A stretch of 63,670 nucleotides of DNA, filler included, from Myxococcota bacterium (GTDB taxonomy: Bacteria; Myxococcota_C; UBA6777), in the NCBI GenBank assembly GCA_023150835.1. It is 3 parts of 3 records of this genome, joined end to end, with 100 filler letters (N's around TTAATTAATTAA, not from the genome) between each part and the next. Parts side by side here need not be neighbours in the genome. Positions count along the whole stretch, not along the records: positions 44,134 to 63,670 come from JAKLKB010000130.1; 2 more parts are not named here. One strand, given 5' to 3'. The notes beneath the pieces were generated by a model. The model ran no database searches. It saw only the letters and a list, made by a program, of their open reading frames with translations, and had not been told where the DNA came from. Positions 44,134 through 54,690 of this stretch are shown here, piece after piece (within the stretch, counting starts at the first letter, position 1; each line of letters opens with the position of its first letter). Position numbers and translations under genes: made by a program.

Positions 44134-45980
44134 GAGGCTTCTTGAGCGGAGGGTTGGGGAGAACAAGGGATATCGCGATCAGGGAGAAGAACAACGGAAG
44201 TTGCGGCGTCGGTGGTCGAGATATCTTTTTCTGAGGGGGGGGACAGATTGGGGGAGGTAATGGAGGGAGGCAACGAAAGAGGCGCGGGGCTGTGGGGAGA
44301 AGAGAGCGGAGCGAGGTTGTGGGACGAAGAGGGGGGTTGCGGCGACATCATCTCAAGAAACGAGGGGGCAGGCATCGGAACAGTAGGAGGTGCAGGGAGC
44401 CTAGACAAGGGGCTTTGAGAGAGAGGGGGTGGCGAAGCAAGGCCGGGAAAAGGCAGCGCGTTTGGAGAAGAAGGCGCAAGGGCTTGTGGCAAGGGCGAGG
44501 GGACACCTGCCAAAGAAGTCTCGCTGCTGCGAGGTAAAAAGGGAGATGGCAGGCCAGATATCGAGCGTTCGGGATGTTGTGAAGTCGCGGATGGACGGGA
44601 AAGATTGGCGTTTAACGGAGGAAGGGAGCCTTGGACATTTGGATAGGAGGTTGAGGAGGGTGCGGTTTGAGGAGGCCAGCTTTGGGCGGACTTTCCGGCA
44701 GCTTGGGAATCTTCGACGAGTTCGGAAGTGGTGGTTGAGATGCTTTTACTGCCCACAAAAGAGCCTGTGTTGGCGGTTTCGTCGCGCCTTTCTTGGTGGG
44801 GGTCTTTTTCGCAAGGTTCTTGTGGGGGTTGTTTTGCTCGATGTATCGAGCGTTCGACAAAAGGAGAAGAAGCAGCAAGACTCTCTCGTTCTCGGGGGTT
44901 GGAGCGTTGCTGAAGGAAACGCTGTGGATCAGAAAGAACAGCAGAGACATCACCATCCATATCAAGAGTTGTGGTGTCCTCTTCGGGGCGATCATCGTAA
45001 GTCGATTCGAGTTCGTCCTTTTGGGGGCGAAAGGCGGCGCGCAGGGATTCATAGATCTGCCAAGCGGAAGCAAAACGCTGCGAAGGATCTTTGGCGAGGG
45101 CTTTGGCAAGCAAGGCTTCTAACGCTGGATTGGGCGGAAGATCGGGGCGGATATCGGAAAGGCGGGGAGGCGTGTGGGTAATGTGACCGAGCATTACTTC
45201 GGTGGGTGTTTTGCCTTGAAAGGGAGTGCGGCCTGAGACGGCCTCAAAAAGGATCACCCCAACAGAGTACAGATCCGAGCGTGGAGTGATCTGTGACAAG
45301 TCACCACGGGCTTGTTCGGGAGACATATAGGTGGGCGAGCCGTAGACTTCGCCGTCGACGGTGAACTCGGAGGGGATACCGGTTTGGGCGATGCGTGCGA
45401 TGCCAAAGTCGAGGATCTTGAGGACTTCACGGCCACGACGTTGAAGTAGAAAGAGGTTTTCAGGTTTGAGATCGCGGTGGACGATATCTTTTTCGTGGGC
45501 TTCTTCGAGAGCGCCGCAAAGCTGTTCAAACAGGTTGAGGATGCGTGCGGGTGGAAGGGCCTCGCCGCCGCGAATGACTTGCTTGAGGGTTTTGCCTTCA
45601 AGGTACTCCATCACAAGGTAAAAGCCGAAGCCATCGAACCAACCAAAGTCTGTTTCGCGGATGATGTTTTCGTGGTCCAAAGAAGCGATCACACGGGCTT
45701 CTCGGCGAAAGCGCTCGACGACTTCTTGGTCAGCAGCAAACTGTGGATGGAGGAACTTGATGGCGTAGGGTTTTCCGAGGTTAACGTGTTCAGCGAGATA
45801 GACGACCCCCATCCCTCCCGAGCCGATACGCTTGACAAGACGGAGGTTTCCGACTTGGCGTCCGACCAGCGGATCAGACGAGCGATTTTGGGATATCTCA
45901 TTCAACTGCGCGCCACACTGCAAGCAAAACTTTGCAGCGGGCGGATTGGCGTGGCGGCACTTGGGGCAGGCGATCTCCAT
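44134..45980 (-). CDS. Ser/Thr protein kinase with N-terminal zinc ribbon, 3' end cut by the gap
   Basis: CPKC...CLQCG, IGSGGMGVVY, AIK, HRDLKPEN, DFGIA, GSPTYMSPEQ; Pro-rich tail. Confidence 0.95.
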
Positions 45981-46000
45981 GCTTTGCTCGCTATTTCTCG

Positions 46001-47995
46001 TTATTTTGTCGCAGGGATGGGGAGTTTGTAGATGCGCGTTTCAGGTTTGCGGATGCGGTCGCCATAGCGCTTTTCGACTTCGCTCACCACCTCAAAAAAG
46101 GCAGATTCCATTTGGGGTCCATCGGAACCCGAAAAGCCTTTGTTGTCAACATAGAAAGAGCCTTTGTGGCAGGCTTCAGCCTTTTCGGAGCGCAGGCGCT
46201 TGGGATTTTCGGGATCAGGATAAATGCGCTCACAAGAACCATGCACACTGACGCCGATCATCTTGGTGAGTTGACCTTCTTTCATCAAGCCCGCACCAAC
46301 GGCCAAGAGAGAGGCCATGCCGGGTCCATCCATCCCGTAGCCGTGTCCAAAGTAGATTACAGGATAGCGCTTGTTGGGTTCGGCATGAAAGCCGGGAGGC
46401 AACACGACAGAGTAGATATTTTGGCGTTTGAGGGCTTTGGATTCATAGAAGAAGTGTTGGACATCGCCTTCTTTTTTCTCTTTGTCAAAGTCGATGCGGT
46501 TGGTATCGGGATCGGGGAGATGGTGGGAGACGTAGCTAAAGAAGGCCAAGACGCGGTTGATCATCCCGTCGACGCCGTGGATGTGGTCGCCGTCGCCTGC
46601 GGCGATCTTTTCGGGAGAAGCGTTGGGATCGCCGTATTGAATATAGAGGTGTTGGCCTTTGGTGGACCAGTCGACTTTGTTGGCATCAAAAGGCCCCTTG
46701 GCATCGGGCATAAGCGAGACAAAGCGTTCGTGCAAGACAGCCAAGCGCAGATCGCTGGTTTTTGCGCGGATGGCTCCGAGAAGGTTCATTCCTGTGACGT
46801 GGAAGTTGAACAGATCGCGGATACCGCCGTCGATGTAGACGTTCAAGCGCGCAAGCTGATCGGGAGTCATCTTGCCCACCAAGGTATGCGGATCGTGGGC
46901 CATAAAATTCTCAAAGCCCCGTGTCATCGTAAACTTGCCGTCGCCTTCGCCGAAGTCTTTGGTGTTCGGGACACCGTCGAGGCCGTTGTCTTGGAAGGGT
47001 TCTCCTTCGTCGCGGGTCATATTGCCTTGTGTGCCTTTGGGGTTGGTGATGGGGTGATAGTTGTCTTTGTTGGGATCGTCGCCGCCAACGCCTTTTTGAC
47101 CGACAGGGACACAACCGCCTTTTCCATCTTCGCGGTCATCGGGGCATCCGTCTGTTCCGACATCTTCGTAAGGCTCATAAGGCGTCAGGATGATCGGTTC
47201 GCCGTAATCGCGCTTGCCGTTGCCGTTGATATCGACAGCGAGGATGATCTCGGTGGATGCGGTGTGCTCTTCGGGTTTGTCTGCCCGATAAGTTCCGCTG
47301 CGCTCGCTGGTTCCGTCGCAAAAGGTGATCACATCGTATTTTCCGTCGGGGTTGTAGACGTGGTGGCGGAAGTTTTTGAGGCGGATGGGGTTGTTGCAAC
47401 GGTCGGGTTGATCGCGCCAATTGTTGGGGATACCGGGCGGATAATAGGTGCTTTCGGGATTTTGGTAGGAAGGATTACCGAGCGCAAAGATCAGATCTTG
47501 GACAACGCGGATCATCGCGTTTCGGTTCCAGTTTCCGCCTGCGTCGTCGTAGTACCAGTTGTTAAAATCGGAGACGATCTCGAAAGGAAACCGCGCTTTG
47601 GGGAGAGATTGGTTGCAATACGCAGAGGCTTCGTTGATCGTGCCGGCCTTTGCGGCCTCTTGGATCTTGTTGAGATCACAGAAACCATTGCCGAGCATGG
47701 ATTGAATAAAATGCAACAGGTAGGTGTGATCGTTGGGGCCGCCCAACGTGCCGATGATGTCGAACTTGTCATGGTTGCGAAGTCCGACCATCGCGGCCAT
47801 CCCTCCGCCCATCGAGATCCCCGCGATTATCCGATAATTCCAACGGCGCTCGATGGTTTGGCCTTGGACGATCGGAGGATCTTTTTTGGGATCGTCTTTC
47901 TTTGGATCTTCGGGCGTTGTACACGCCAATCCCGCCACCACCACGAACCCAAACACCCACAAACCAACCCATACCCATCCAGATCTGATTCTCAC
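46001..47995 (-). CDS. Esterase-like alpha/beta-hydrolase lipoprotein, apparently circularly permuted
   Basis: Lipobox GLAC; GISMGG near the N terminus; IDGGIRD; GDGDH; YSVVLPPG...RYPVIYFGHGYG near the C terminus. Likely start GTG 47995 after GGAG. Confidence 0.8.
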   Translation of the reverse strand: MRIRSGWVWVGLWVFGFVVVAGLACTTPEDPKKDDPKKDPPIVQGQTIERRWNYRIIAGISMGGGMAAMVGLRNHDKFDIIGTLGGPNDHTYLLHFIQSMLGNGFCDLNKIQEAAKAGTINEASAYCNQSLPKARFPFEIVSDFNNWYYDDAGGNWNRNAMIRVVQDLIFALGNPSYQNPESTYYPPGIPNNWRDQPDRCNNPIRLKNFRHHVYNPDGKYDVITFCDGTSERSGTYRADKPEEHTASTEIILAVDINGNGKRDYGEPIILTPYEPYEDVGTDGCPDDREDGKGGCVPVGQKGVGGDDPNKDNYHPITNPKGTQGNMTRDEGEPFQDNGLDGVPNTKDFGEGDGKFTMTRGFENFMAHDPHTLVGKMTPDQLARLNVYIDGGIRDLFNFHVTGMNLLGAIRAKTSDLRLAVLHERFVSLMPDAKGPFDANKVDWSTKGQHLYIQYGDPNASPEKIAAGDGDHIHGVDGMINRVLAFFSYVSHHLPDPDTNRIDFDKEKKEGDVQHFFYESKALKRQNIYSVVLPPGFHAEPNKRYPVIYFGHGYGMDGPGMASLLAVGAGLMKEGQLTKMIGVSVHGSCERIYPDPENPKRLRSEKAEACHKGSFYVDNKGFSGSDGPQMESAFFEVVSEVEKRYGDRIRKPETRIYKLPIPATK

Positions 47996-48586
47996 GACAC
48001 CACTCCATGCAGCCATGCGCAAAAACGGGGCCTGACAATACGCCAACAGAGCGCAGAGCGCGCCCCCCTTGACTTTCTGATGCGGAAGATGGAAACACCC
48101 AAAGCATCGCCACCACCCCATCCGATCCATGCGCCGTCCACACTAAACCCATTACAAAAAACATGCAAGCCATCACCACCACCGAAAGAAAAAAGCCAAC
48201 CTGCTCTCGCTGTGCTTTTTGACCGCTCCATCGGCCCCAATGCCCCCGAAACAGTGCCAAAGAACATCCCCCGCTCCAGAGTCCGACCAGCGCCAATCAA
48301 GGACGAAACAACAAGACAGCAGACTGCTCAAGGGTCAAGGGATGCCGAGAAAGCGCGTGCGATAAGCATCCTTGCGGTCGTCGAACCTTGTCGCGCCCTT
48401 GCCTTGGACGCGCAACAAAAAGCATTGTACAGATGCGTATCGGCTGGCAACGCCCCTCAAGCAGGCGCAGCAGACCGAAGATTCAGACAACAAGAAGACT
48501 TGTCTTGACACAAATCTCGGGGAATACGATATCCGTGAGAAGTGTACACGAAGGGTAGATGCGACCGTTGTAAACGCCCGGTGATT

Positions 48587-48612
48587 GGGCAGCCCCCTGT
48601 GGCTGCCCCTAC
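48587..48612 (-). repeat. GTAG-type REP (family B)
   Basis: GGGCAGCCCCCTGTGGCTGCCCCTAC. Confidence 0.8.
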
Positions 48613-48673
48613 CTTTTTCGATCACACCCCCTGCGGATTTCGCACAATCGGAGAAGAGCAGCGGAGAGCATCG

Positions 48674-50653
48674 GTGATAAAGCGTAGGAATCTGTTTTTT
48701 GGGATGTTTGGTTTGACTTGGTTTGTCCTGTACGCGGCATCGTTGGCGGGTTGTCCAGCGGCTCCGCAGGGCGGGGATGGTGGGCCACAAGAACAAGATC
48801 CGCCGCAGCGTTCGCCTCTGCGTGCGATCTTTCAGCTTGATCCGAGCGCCCCAAAGATGCCGTTTCCTTGCGATATCTTGACCCAAGAAGACCCCAAGAC
48901 TCCCACAGGACGGCGAATATCGCTGAAAGAGGGCAAAAACAACGGACTGATCGACGAAGGTCTGACCTTGTTTGGGGATATCTATGTCAAGATGCTCAAT
49001 CAACTGGATGGATGGTCTGCAGCAGGCTCGATCTGGGTGCCGCTTGAAGGCGAGATCCGACAAGATAACCTGCCAAGTTTTTTGAGTGAAACCCCGAAAG
49101 ACGCGCCTGTTGTGGTGATGGATATGGATCCCGCGTCCCCCGATCAACACAAACGTATCCCTATCTCGGTGTCTTTGCTGACTTTTTCGGACGCCAAACA
49201 AGGCCACCCACATATCCTCAAGATCCAACCCTTGTTTCCGCTTCGCCCGCACACACGCTATCTTGTCGCGCTGACCGCGTCGCTCCAAGACAAACAAAAC
49301 AGGTCGCTCGCTGCATCCGAAGACTTTCTTTACATGAGCGGCCAAAAAACCATCCCAGCCGAACATCCAGCGAAAGCGCGGATCGAAGAAGCGAAACTCC
49401 GCCTCCAAGAGCCACTTGCGACATTAGAAAAAGAAGGGATCGCCAAATCATCCCTGAGTTTGGCCTTTTTGGTGACCACAGGCAGCGGTCCCAAAGACCT
49501 CCTCGCTGCGCGTGATACGATCCTCAAAGAAAATAAACTCGACTACACCTTCGATCCTGACAAAGACGGAAAGCCCAATCTGTACAACAATCCGCTGGAG
49601 GTTCCCAACGTTCCCGCCAAGACTCGAACCGACGATATCCTTGCGATCTTGAAAGGAACCTTTGAGGCCCCCGAGTTTCGCAACACCAAAGGGGAATGGG
49701 AAGTCGAGGCAGGACGCCCCAAACTCCAAGGTTGGCTCGCGATCCCATTCCTCTTGATCTTGCCCAAAGCCATCGCCCAAGGTCCCGTCCCGATCGCCGT
49801 TGTCCAACACGGGCTTTCTTCCTACAAAGAAAATATGGTGAAGATCGCGCATACCTTTACGACACGAGGCGTAGCCGTCATCGCCATCGACACCGTGGCA
49901 CACGGAGAACGCAGCAAAACCCCCGCACAAGCCGGCCTCGAATACATGGCTTTCACTTCGGGACTGCGCTTTCTCGACAACTTTCGCCAAAGCGCGATCG
50001 AACACGTCCAACTCGACCGACTGGTCGCTTCTTTTGAAAAGCTCGACCTCTACCCACTCGGCCAGCCCGATGGAAAGCCCGACTTTTTACTCACAGGTCG
50101 CGCTTATCTCGGCCACTCTTTGGGCGGGATCATCGGCGGTTTGCTTTGGGGTCTTCGACCCGAAACCACGATGGTGATCGCCGCAAGCGGTGGTCGGTTT
50201 GAAGATCTCATGGGCGGGATCTTGGGCAACGTGCTTCCAAAAGGAAACGAGTCACTGATCCTTCAAACCACCGCCGTGATCCAGCAATTTTTGGATCGCG
50301 CCGATCCGATCAATAGCCTCGCTTGGTCACAACGCGACACCCCGACGCTTTGGGAGAAACGACAGATCCTGATGCAGCAAGCGATGAAAGATGAAACTAT
50401 GCCTGCCGCTGCCACATGGTCGATGGCAAGGGTCTTTTCTCTACCACAGATCGCCCCCATCCTCCAAGCCGTCAACGGTCTCGATCCGAACGCCACCACC
50501 CAACGCGGCCTCACGCAGTTCCCAGACGCCCTGCACAACTACATCCTCGACGAAGAATACTCCCCCTTAACCCTCCAAGCCCAAGCCCAAGCCGCCCACT
50601 TCCTCGTCTCCGCTCTCAAACACGGAAAAGCCGAAGTCAAATCCACCCCATAA
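48674..50653 (+). CDS. Extracellular lipase-like (Pla-1/Cef-type) alpha/beta-hydrolase lipoprotein
   Basis: Lipobox LAGC; PFPCD, LNQLDGWS, P..PLRP.TRY.V, QHGL, AID...HGER, DNFRQ, GHSLGG, D.ADP. Start GTG 48674 after GGAG. Confidence 0.8.
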   Translation: MIKRRNLFFGMFGLTWFVLYAASLAGCPAAPQGGDGGPQEQDPPQRSPLRAIFQLDPSAPKMPFPCDILTQEDPKTPTGRRISLKEGKNNGLIDEGLTLFGDIYVKMLNQLDGWSAAGSIWVPLEGEIRQDNLPSFLSETPKDAPVVVMDMDPASPDQHKRIPISVSLLTFSDAKQGHPHILKIQPLFPLRPHTRYLVALTASLQDKQNRSLAASEDFLYMSGQKTIPAEHPAKARIEEAKLRLQEPLATLEKEGIAKSSLSLAFLVTTGSGPKDLLAARDTILKENKLDYTFDPDKDGKPNLYNNPLEVPNVPAKTRTDDILAILKGTFEAPEFRNTKGEWEVEAGRPKLQGWLAIPFLLILPKAIAQGPVPIAVVQHGLSSYKENMVKIAHTFTTRGVAVIAIDTVAHGERSKTPAQAGLEYMAFTSGLRFLDNFRQSAIEHVQLDRLVASFEKLDLYPLGQPDGKPDFLLTGRAYLGHSLGGIIGGLLWGLRPETTMVIAASGGRFEDLMGGILGNVLPKGNESLILQTTAVIQQFLDRADPINSLAWSQRDTPTLWEKRQILMQQAMKDETMPAAATWSMARVFSLPQIAPILQAVNGLDPNATTQRGLTQFPDALHNYILDEEYSPLTLQAQAQAAHFLVSALKHGKAEVKSTP

Positions 50654-50691
50654 TTACGATACACGAGAGAAGCTGTAGACGCCCTGTGCTT

Positions 50692-50717
50692 GGGCAGCCA
50701 CGTAGGGCTGCCCCTAC
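50692..50717 (-). repeat. GTAG-type REP (family B)
   Basis: GGGCAGCCACGTAGGGCTGCCCCTAC, between convergent genes. Confidence 0.8.
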
Positions 50718-50773
50718 ATATTGGCGCACACCGTAGGCGGATCTCGTACAAGCCTCCCCCTCGTTTGCTGCGA

Positions 50774-52120
50774 TCAGATCTTCCTATCTTTGTGAAATCG
50801 CAGCGGCTGACCTGCTGCATGGGGATGAAGCTGTCCATCGTGCCACGCCAAATGCCCCGATACAAGGGTACTATCGACTCGTGCAGGGAAAGTATGTCCC
50901 AAAAATGGCGACCACCCACAGCGATACGCCAAAGACTCCTCTGTCACTTGCGTTGGGGCGTGCGGGTCCACCAAGACAAGATCCGCCCAGTACCCCTCGC
51001 GAATATAACCGCGATCTTCGAGGCCAAAGATCGTCGCCACGTTATGACTGGTCTTTTGCACAACTTCCTCGATCGAAAGCCTGTGGTGATGGACGTGTTC
51101 GAGCAAAGAAAGCAAGCTATGTTGCACCAACGGCAGACCTGACGGCGCTTTTCGATAGGGCTGGGCTTTTTCTTCGCGGGTGTGCGGGGCGTGATCGGTG
51201 GCGATCACATCGATCACACCGTCGCGCAGCGCCTGCAAGATAGCATCCCGATCTTGCGCTCGTTTGATCGCAGGATTGCACTTGATCCATGTCCCAAGCC
51301 TCGGATAATCAGCATCGCAAAAGAACAAATGATGCACGCACGCTTCCGCTGTGATGCGTTTTTGCGCCACAGGAGCATCCGAGAAAAGCCCCAACTCGCG
51401 GGCCGTACTGATGTGCAAAACGTGCAGGCGTGTTCCGTGTCGCTTCGCCAAGGCAACGGCCAGCGAAGACGAAGCATAACAAGCCTCTTCGCTTCGGATC
51501 ATCGGGTGCATGGAGATCGGGATCTGCTCTCCATAACGCGCCAACGCAGCCTGTTCGTTGTCTTGGATGATGGGCGTGTCTTCGCAATGCGTCGCCACAA
51601 GCGTCGGAGCATGGGCAAAGATCCCCTCCAAGATCACCTCTTGATCGACGAGCATATTCCCTGTCGAAGATCCCATAAAGACCTTGATCCCGCAGATCTC
51701 GTTGGGATCGGCGCGTTTGATCTGTTCGAGGTTGTCATTGGTCGCGCCAAGATAAAAGCTGTAATTGGCGAAGGATCGGCCTTTTGCACGCGCCAGCTTG
51801 TCTTGTAGAGCGCTGCGATCGGTCGTGGTCGGGATGCAGTTCGGCATCTCCATATAACTTGTCACACCGCCGATCACCGCTGCGCGAGATTCACTTTGGA
51901 TATCGCCCTTGTGCGTCAGTCCGGGCTCGCGAAAATGGACTTGATCGTCGATCAACCCCGGCAACAACCAACGCCCCCTGCCCTCGATCACCACATCTGC
52001 GTTCGCAACATCCGCGATCGCCCCGATCTGCTTGATCCGACCGGCCTCGATCCACAGATCCCCTTGTGTCTGTTGCCCTTCGTTGATCACGCAAACATCG
52101 CGTATCCATATCCTAGACAT
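50774..52120 (-). CDS. pyrC: Dihydroorotase
   Basis: IDDQVHFREPG, EMPN, KVFMGSSTG, HCED, HVLHIST, KCNPAIK, ATDHAPH. Start ATG 52120. Confidence 0.9.
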   Translation of the reverse strand: MSRIWIRDVCVINEGQQTQGDLWIEAGRIKQIGAIADVANADVVIEGRGRWLLPGLIDDQVHFREPGLTHKGDIQSESRAAVIGGVTSYMEMPNCIPTTTDRSALQDKLARAKGRSFANYSFYLGATNDNLEQIKRADPNEICGIKVFMGSSTGNMLVDQEVILEGIFAHAPTLVATHCEDTPIIQDNEQAALARYGEQIPISMHPMIRSEEACYASSSLAVALAKRHGTRLHVLHISTARELGLFSDAPVAQKRITAEACVHHLFFCDADYPRLGTWIKCNPAIKRAQDRDAILQALRDGVIDVIATDHAPHTREEKAQPYRKAPSGLPLVQHSLLSLLEHVHHHRLSIEEVVQKTSHNVATIFGLEDRGYIREGYWADLVLVDPHAPTQVTEESLAYRCGWSPFLGHTFPARVDSTLVSGHLAWHDGQLHPHAAGQPLRFHKDRKI

Positions 52121-52235
52121 CTTGTGTTTTTCCTTGTATGTTTGGGCTTTCTGTACACTTCTCGCGGTGCGTGTTTGTTGTTCGGGCCAGATGCCCCCTC
52201 GCATGGCGCGAAAGCGCAACAAAGGTATATTCTGC

Positions 52236-54689
52236 ATGGACGTCAGGCTACAAGAACGCTTGATCACGTCAGGTTTGCTTTCGCAAGACCAACTCAACCA
52301 AGCCATCCAACAAAACCAACAACAAGGCGGTAGCTTACGCGAAGCCCTTGTGGGCTTAGGCTATCTTTCCGATACCCTGATCCAACGCATCCAAGCCGAG
52401 ATGTTGGGGAAAAAATTCTACACGCTCGAAGAGCTTTTGGGACTCAACATCTCCACCGAGCCGATGCAGCGGATATCCTACACACAAGCCCTCGAATGGA
52501 TGGTCCTTCCGCATGGAGACGAACACAGCCACACATTAGAACTGATCTGTGCATCGCCCCCTACCCTCGAACAACAACGACTGATGACCCAGATCTGCAA
52601 CGCGGCCCTTGGCGGTGTAGCCTTGGCCTCTCACGCAGCCCTACAAAAAGCCATCCGCTACCACTATGGGCGTTTTATGCTCGAAGCGTTGGGAAAAAAC
52701 GAAAGCGATCTCCCCAGCGCTGAACCGACCACGCCCCAAACATCAGCCTCTGCCCAAAAACTATCTTCCACACAAAGCCAGATCTTGTTGCGACAAGAAG
52801 CGCTCTGTCCCGCATGTCAGTATCCTTACGAACGAGGTATGCGCCATTGTATGCAGTGCGGTTGCGATCTCGATACAGGTCGAACCGATCCGTTGATCGG
52901 CGAAGTCGTTGGAAAACGCTGGCGATTGTTGCGCCAACTTGGCGAAGGCGGCATGGGCCTTGTTTACCAAGGCCAAGAACTCGACACCAAGGAACTTTGC
53001 GCGATCAAATTCCTGCGCTCCCACGCAGAACGCGCCCCCGAAGAAAAAGAGATCAAACGCTTTGAAAAAGAGGCCCAGATCCTCAGCGATCTGCACCATC
53101 CTCACATCCTACAGTTGCGGGCCTATGGAGTCAGCCGCAGCTTGGGCTTCTACCTCGTCACCGAATTTTTGGATGGCCTCAGCCTCGATCGCTACGCCGA
53201 AAAACACGCGCCGTACATCCCCTTTATGCGGGTCTGTCAGATCCTTTGCCAAGTTTGCGAAGCGATGGATTTTGCCCATCAACAGGGCGTGATCCACCGT
53301 GATATCAAACCCGAAAACATCTTTATGACCCACGACGAACAAGGCAACGAATGGGTCAAGATCATCGACTTTGGGATCGCCCATAAACAAAAACCGCACG
53401 AAGCGCGCCTAACATCGACAGGCATGATGATCGGAACCCCCCGCTACATCGCCCCCGAACAAATCCTCGGAAAAGAAGTCGGCACTGCCGCCGATATCTA
53501 CGCCCTCTCCGTGATCTTGTTTGAACTGCTCACGTTCAAAGACTTGTTCGTTGCAGACAACGTGTACGAATACTTGATGCGTCACGTCTACGCCGAACCT
53601 CCGCGACTTCAAGACCTCTGCCCTGAACGCCATTACCCTCGCGAACTACAAGCCTTGGTCGATGATGGACTGGCCAAAAAGCCCGAACATCGGCCTGCAT
53701 CCATGAATCTATTTCGAGAGCGGCTGCTTCGCGTTGCCGCGCTGCCTTGGGCACGTCAAGAAAAAGAGACAGGTGGCTTTCTACGACCCGGGTTTGATGT
53801 CCTCCGCCTAAGCGAGGAGATCGCACAACTCCCCACCAGCCTCTCCATCCATCCCCCTCCAACGTACGCCAGCCAAGCTCCCTCCTTGGCTTTTGCCCCC
53901 ACAGATGCTGCACTCGACGCTGTCCGCCGCCCCCTCCTCTCCTCAAACGCCCCAAGCGCCAAACCCGCTCAAGCATGGCCCCATCACCTCGATCCACCCG
54001 ATATATGGGTCGATGATGAACCCTCTTCCTCCAAACTCACCGAACTTAGCGCGGCCCTCGATAAACATTACGGTGGAACCGCCACTTCCCCTGCATCTTC
54101 CAAATCCCATCCTGCCAACCCCAAACCACAAGCCGCGAAACCACACCTCCCTTCGTCTAAACCAGCGCCGCCCTCCGAGGAACGACGCCTTCCATCCAAC
54201 GAACCCACGTCCGTCAAAGAACAGGCCCTCCCCCGCCCTGTGCGTGCAAGCACACCGCGCTCCCAAGCCCTCTGGACTTCCGAACAGACACAACGCAAAG
54301 GCATCGGTCGTTGGCTGTTTTTGCTTCTTCTGCTGCTTTGCTTCGGTGCCGCCGCCTTCGTTTATTTCTTTCCGCAACAAGCCAACCTTCTTTGGCTGCG
54401 CCTGCGGCTCTACACCACAGGCGCGGACGCCCTCGAAAAACAATTCCCCAAACGCAAAAAAAGAACACGACCTCCCCAACAACAACAATCCAAACCGCCC
54501 AACCCACCGCTAAAACGGAACACCGACACGACCCCAGAAGATCCACCCGACCCTCCGCCTCGATCCAGAACACCACCCACCCGGCGCAAAGCCCAACCCA
54601 CCCGGCGCAAAGCTCAACCCACTCGGCGCAAAAGAAAGAAGAAAAAAGTCCCCGTGAAACCCCGCCCGCCAGAACCCGAAGACGATTAA
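52236..54689 (+). CDS. Ser/Thr kinase with N-terminal MshEN/GspE-N-like domain, zinc ribbon and C-terminal TM
   Basis: RLQERLITSGLLSQDQLNQAI...LREALVGLGYLS; CPAC...CMQCG; LGEGGMGLVY, HRDIKPEN, DFGIA, GTPRYIAPEQ; TM helix, then a basic Pro-rich tail. Confidence 0.9.
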   Translation: MDVRLQERLITSGLLSQDQLNQAIQQNQQQGGSLREALVGLGYLSDTLIQRIQAEMLGKKFYTLEELLGLNISTEPMQRISYTQALEWMVLPHGDEHSHTLELICASPPTLEQQRLMTQICNAALGGVALASHAALQKAIRYHYGRFMLEALGKNESDLPSAEPTTPQTSASAQKLSSTQSQILLRQEALCPACQYPYERGMRHCMQCGCDLDTGRTDPLIGEVVGKRWRLLRQLGEGGMGLVYQGQELDTKELCAIKFLRSHAERAPEEKEIKRFEKEAQILSDLHHPHILQLRAYGVSRSLGFYLVTEFLDGLSLDRYAEKHAPYIPFMRVCQILCQVCEAMDFAHQQGVIHRDIKPENIFMTHDEQGNEWVKIIDFGIAHKQKPHEARLTSTGMMIGTPRYIAPEQILGKEVGTAADIYALSVILFELLTFKDLFVADNVYEYLMRHVYAEPPRLQDLCPERHYPRELQALVDDGLAKKPEHRPASMNLFRERLLRVAALPWARQEKETGGFLRPGFDVLRLSEEIAQLPTSLSIHPPPTYASQAPSLAFAPTDAALDAVRRPLLSSNAPSAKPAQAWPHHLDPPDIWVDDEPSSSKLTELSAALDKHYGGTATSPASSKSHPANPKPQAAKPHLPSSKPAPPSEERRLPSNEPTSVKEQALPRPVRASTPRSQALWTSEQTQRKGIGRWLFLLLLLLCFGAAAFVYFFPQQANLLWLRLRLYTTGADALEKQFPKRKKRTRPPQQQQSKPPNPPLKRNTDTTPEDPPDPPPRSRTPPTRRKAQPTRRKAQPTRRKRKKKKVPVKPRPPEPEDD

Positions 54690-54690
54690 A

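Noticed and set aside
45932..48508. 858-aa plus-strand ORF
   Set aside because: Antisense shadow of the esterase lipoprotein, with no recognisable motifs.
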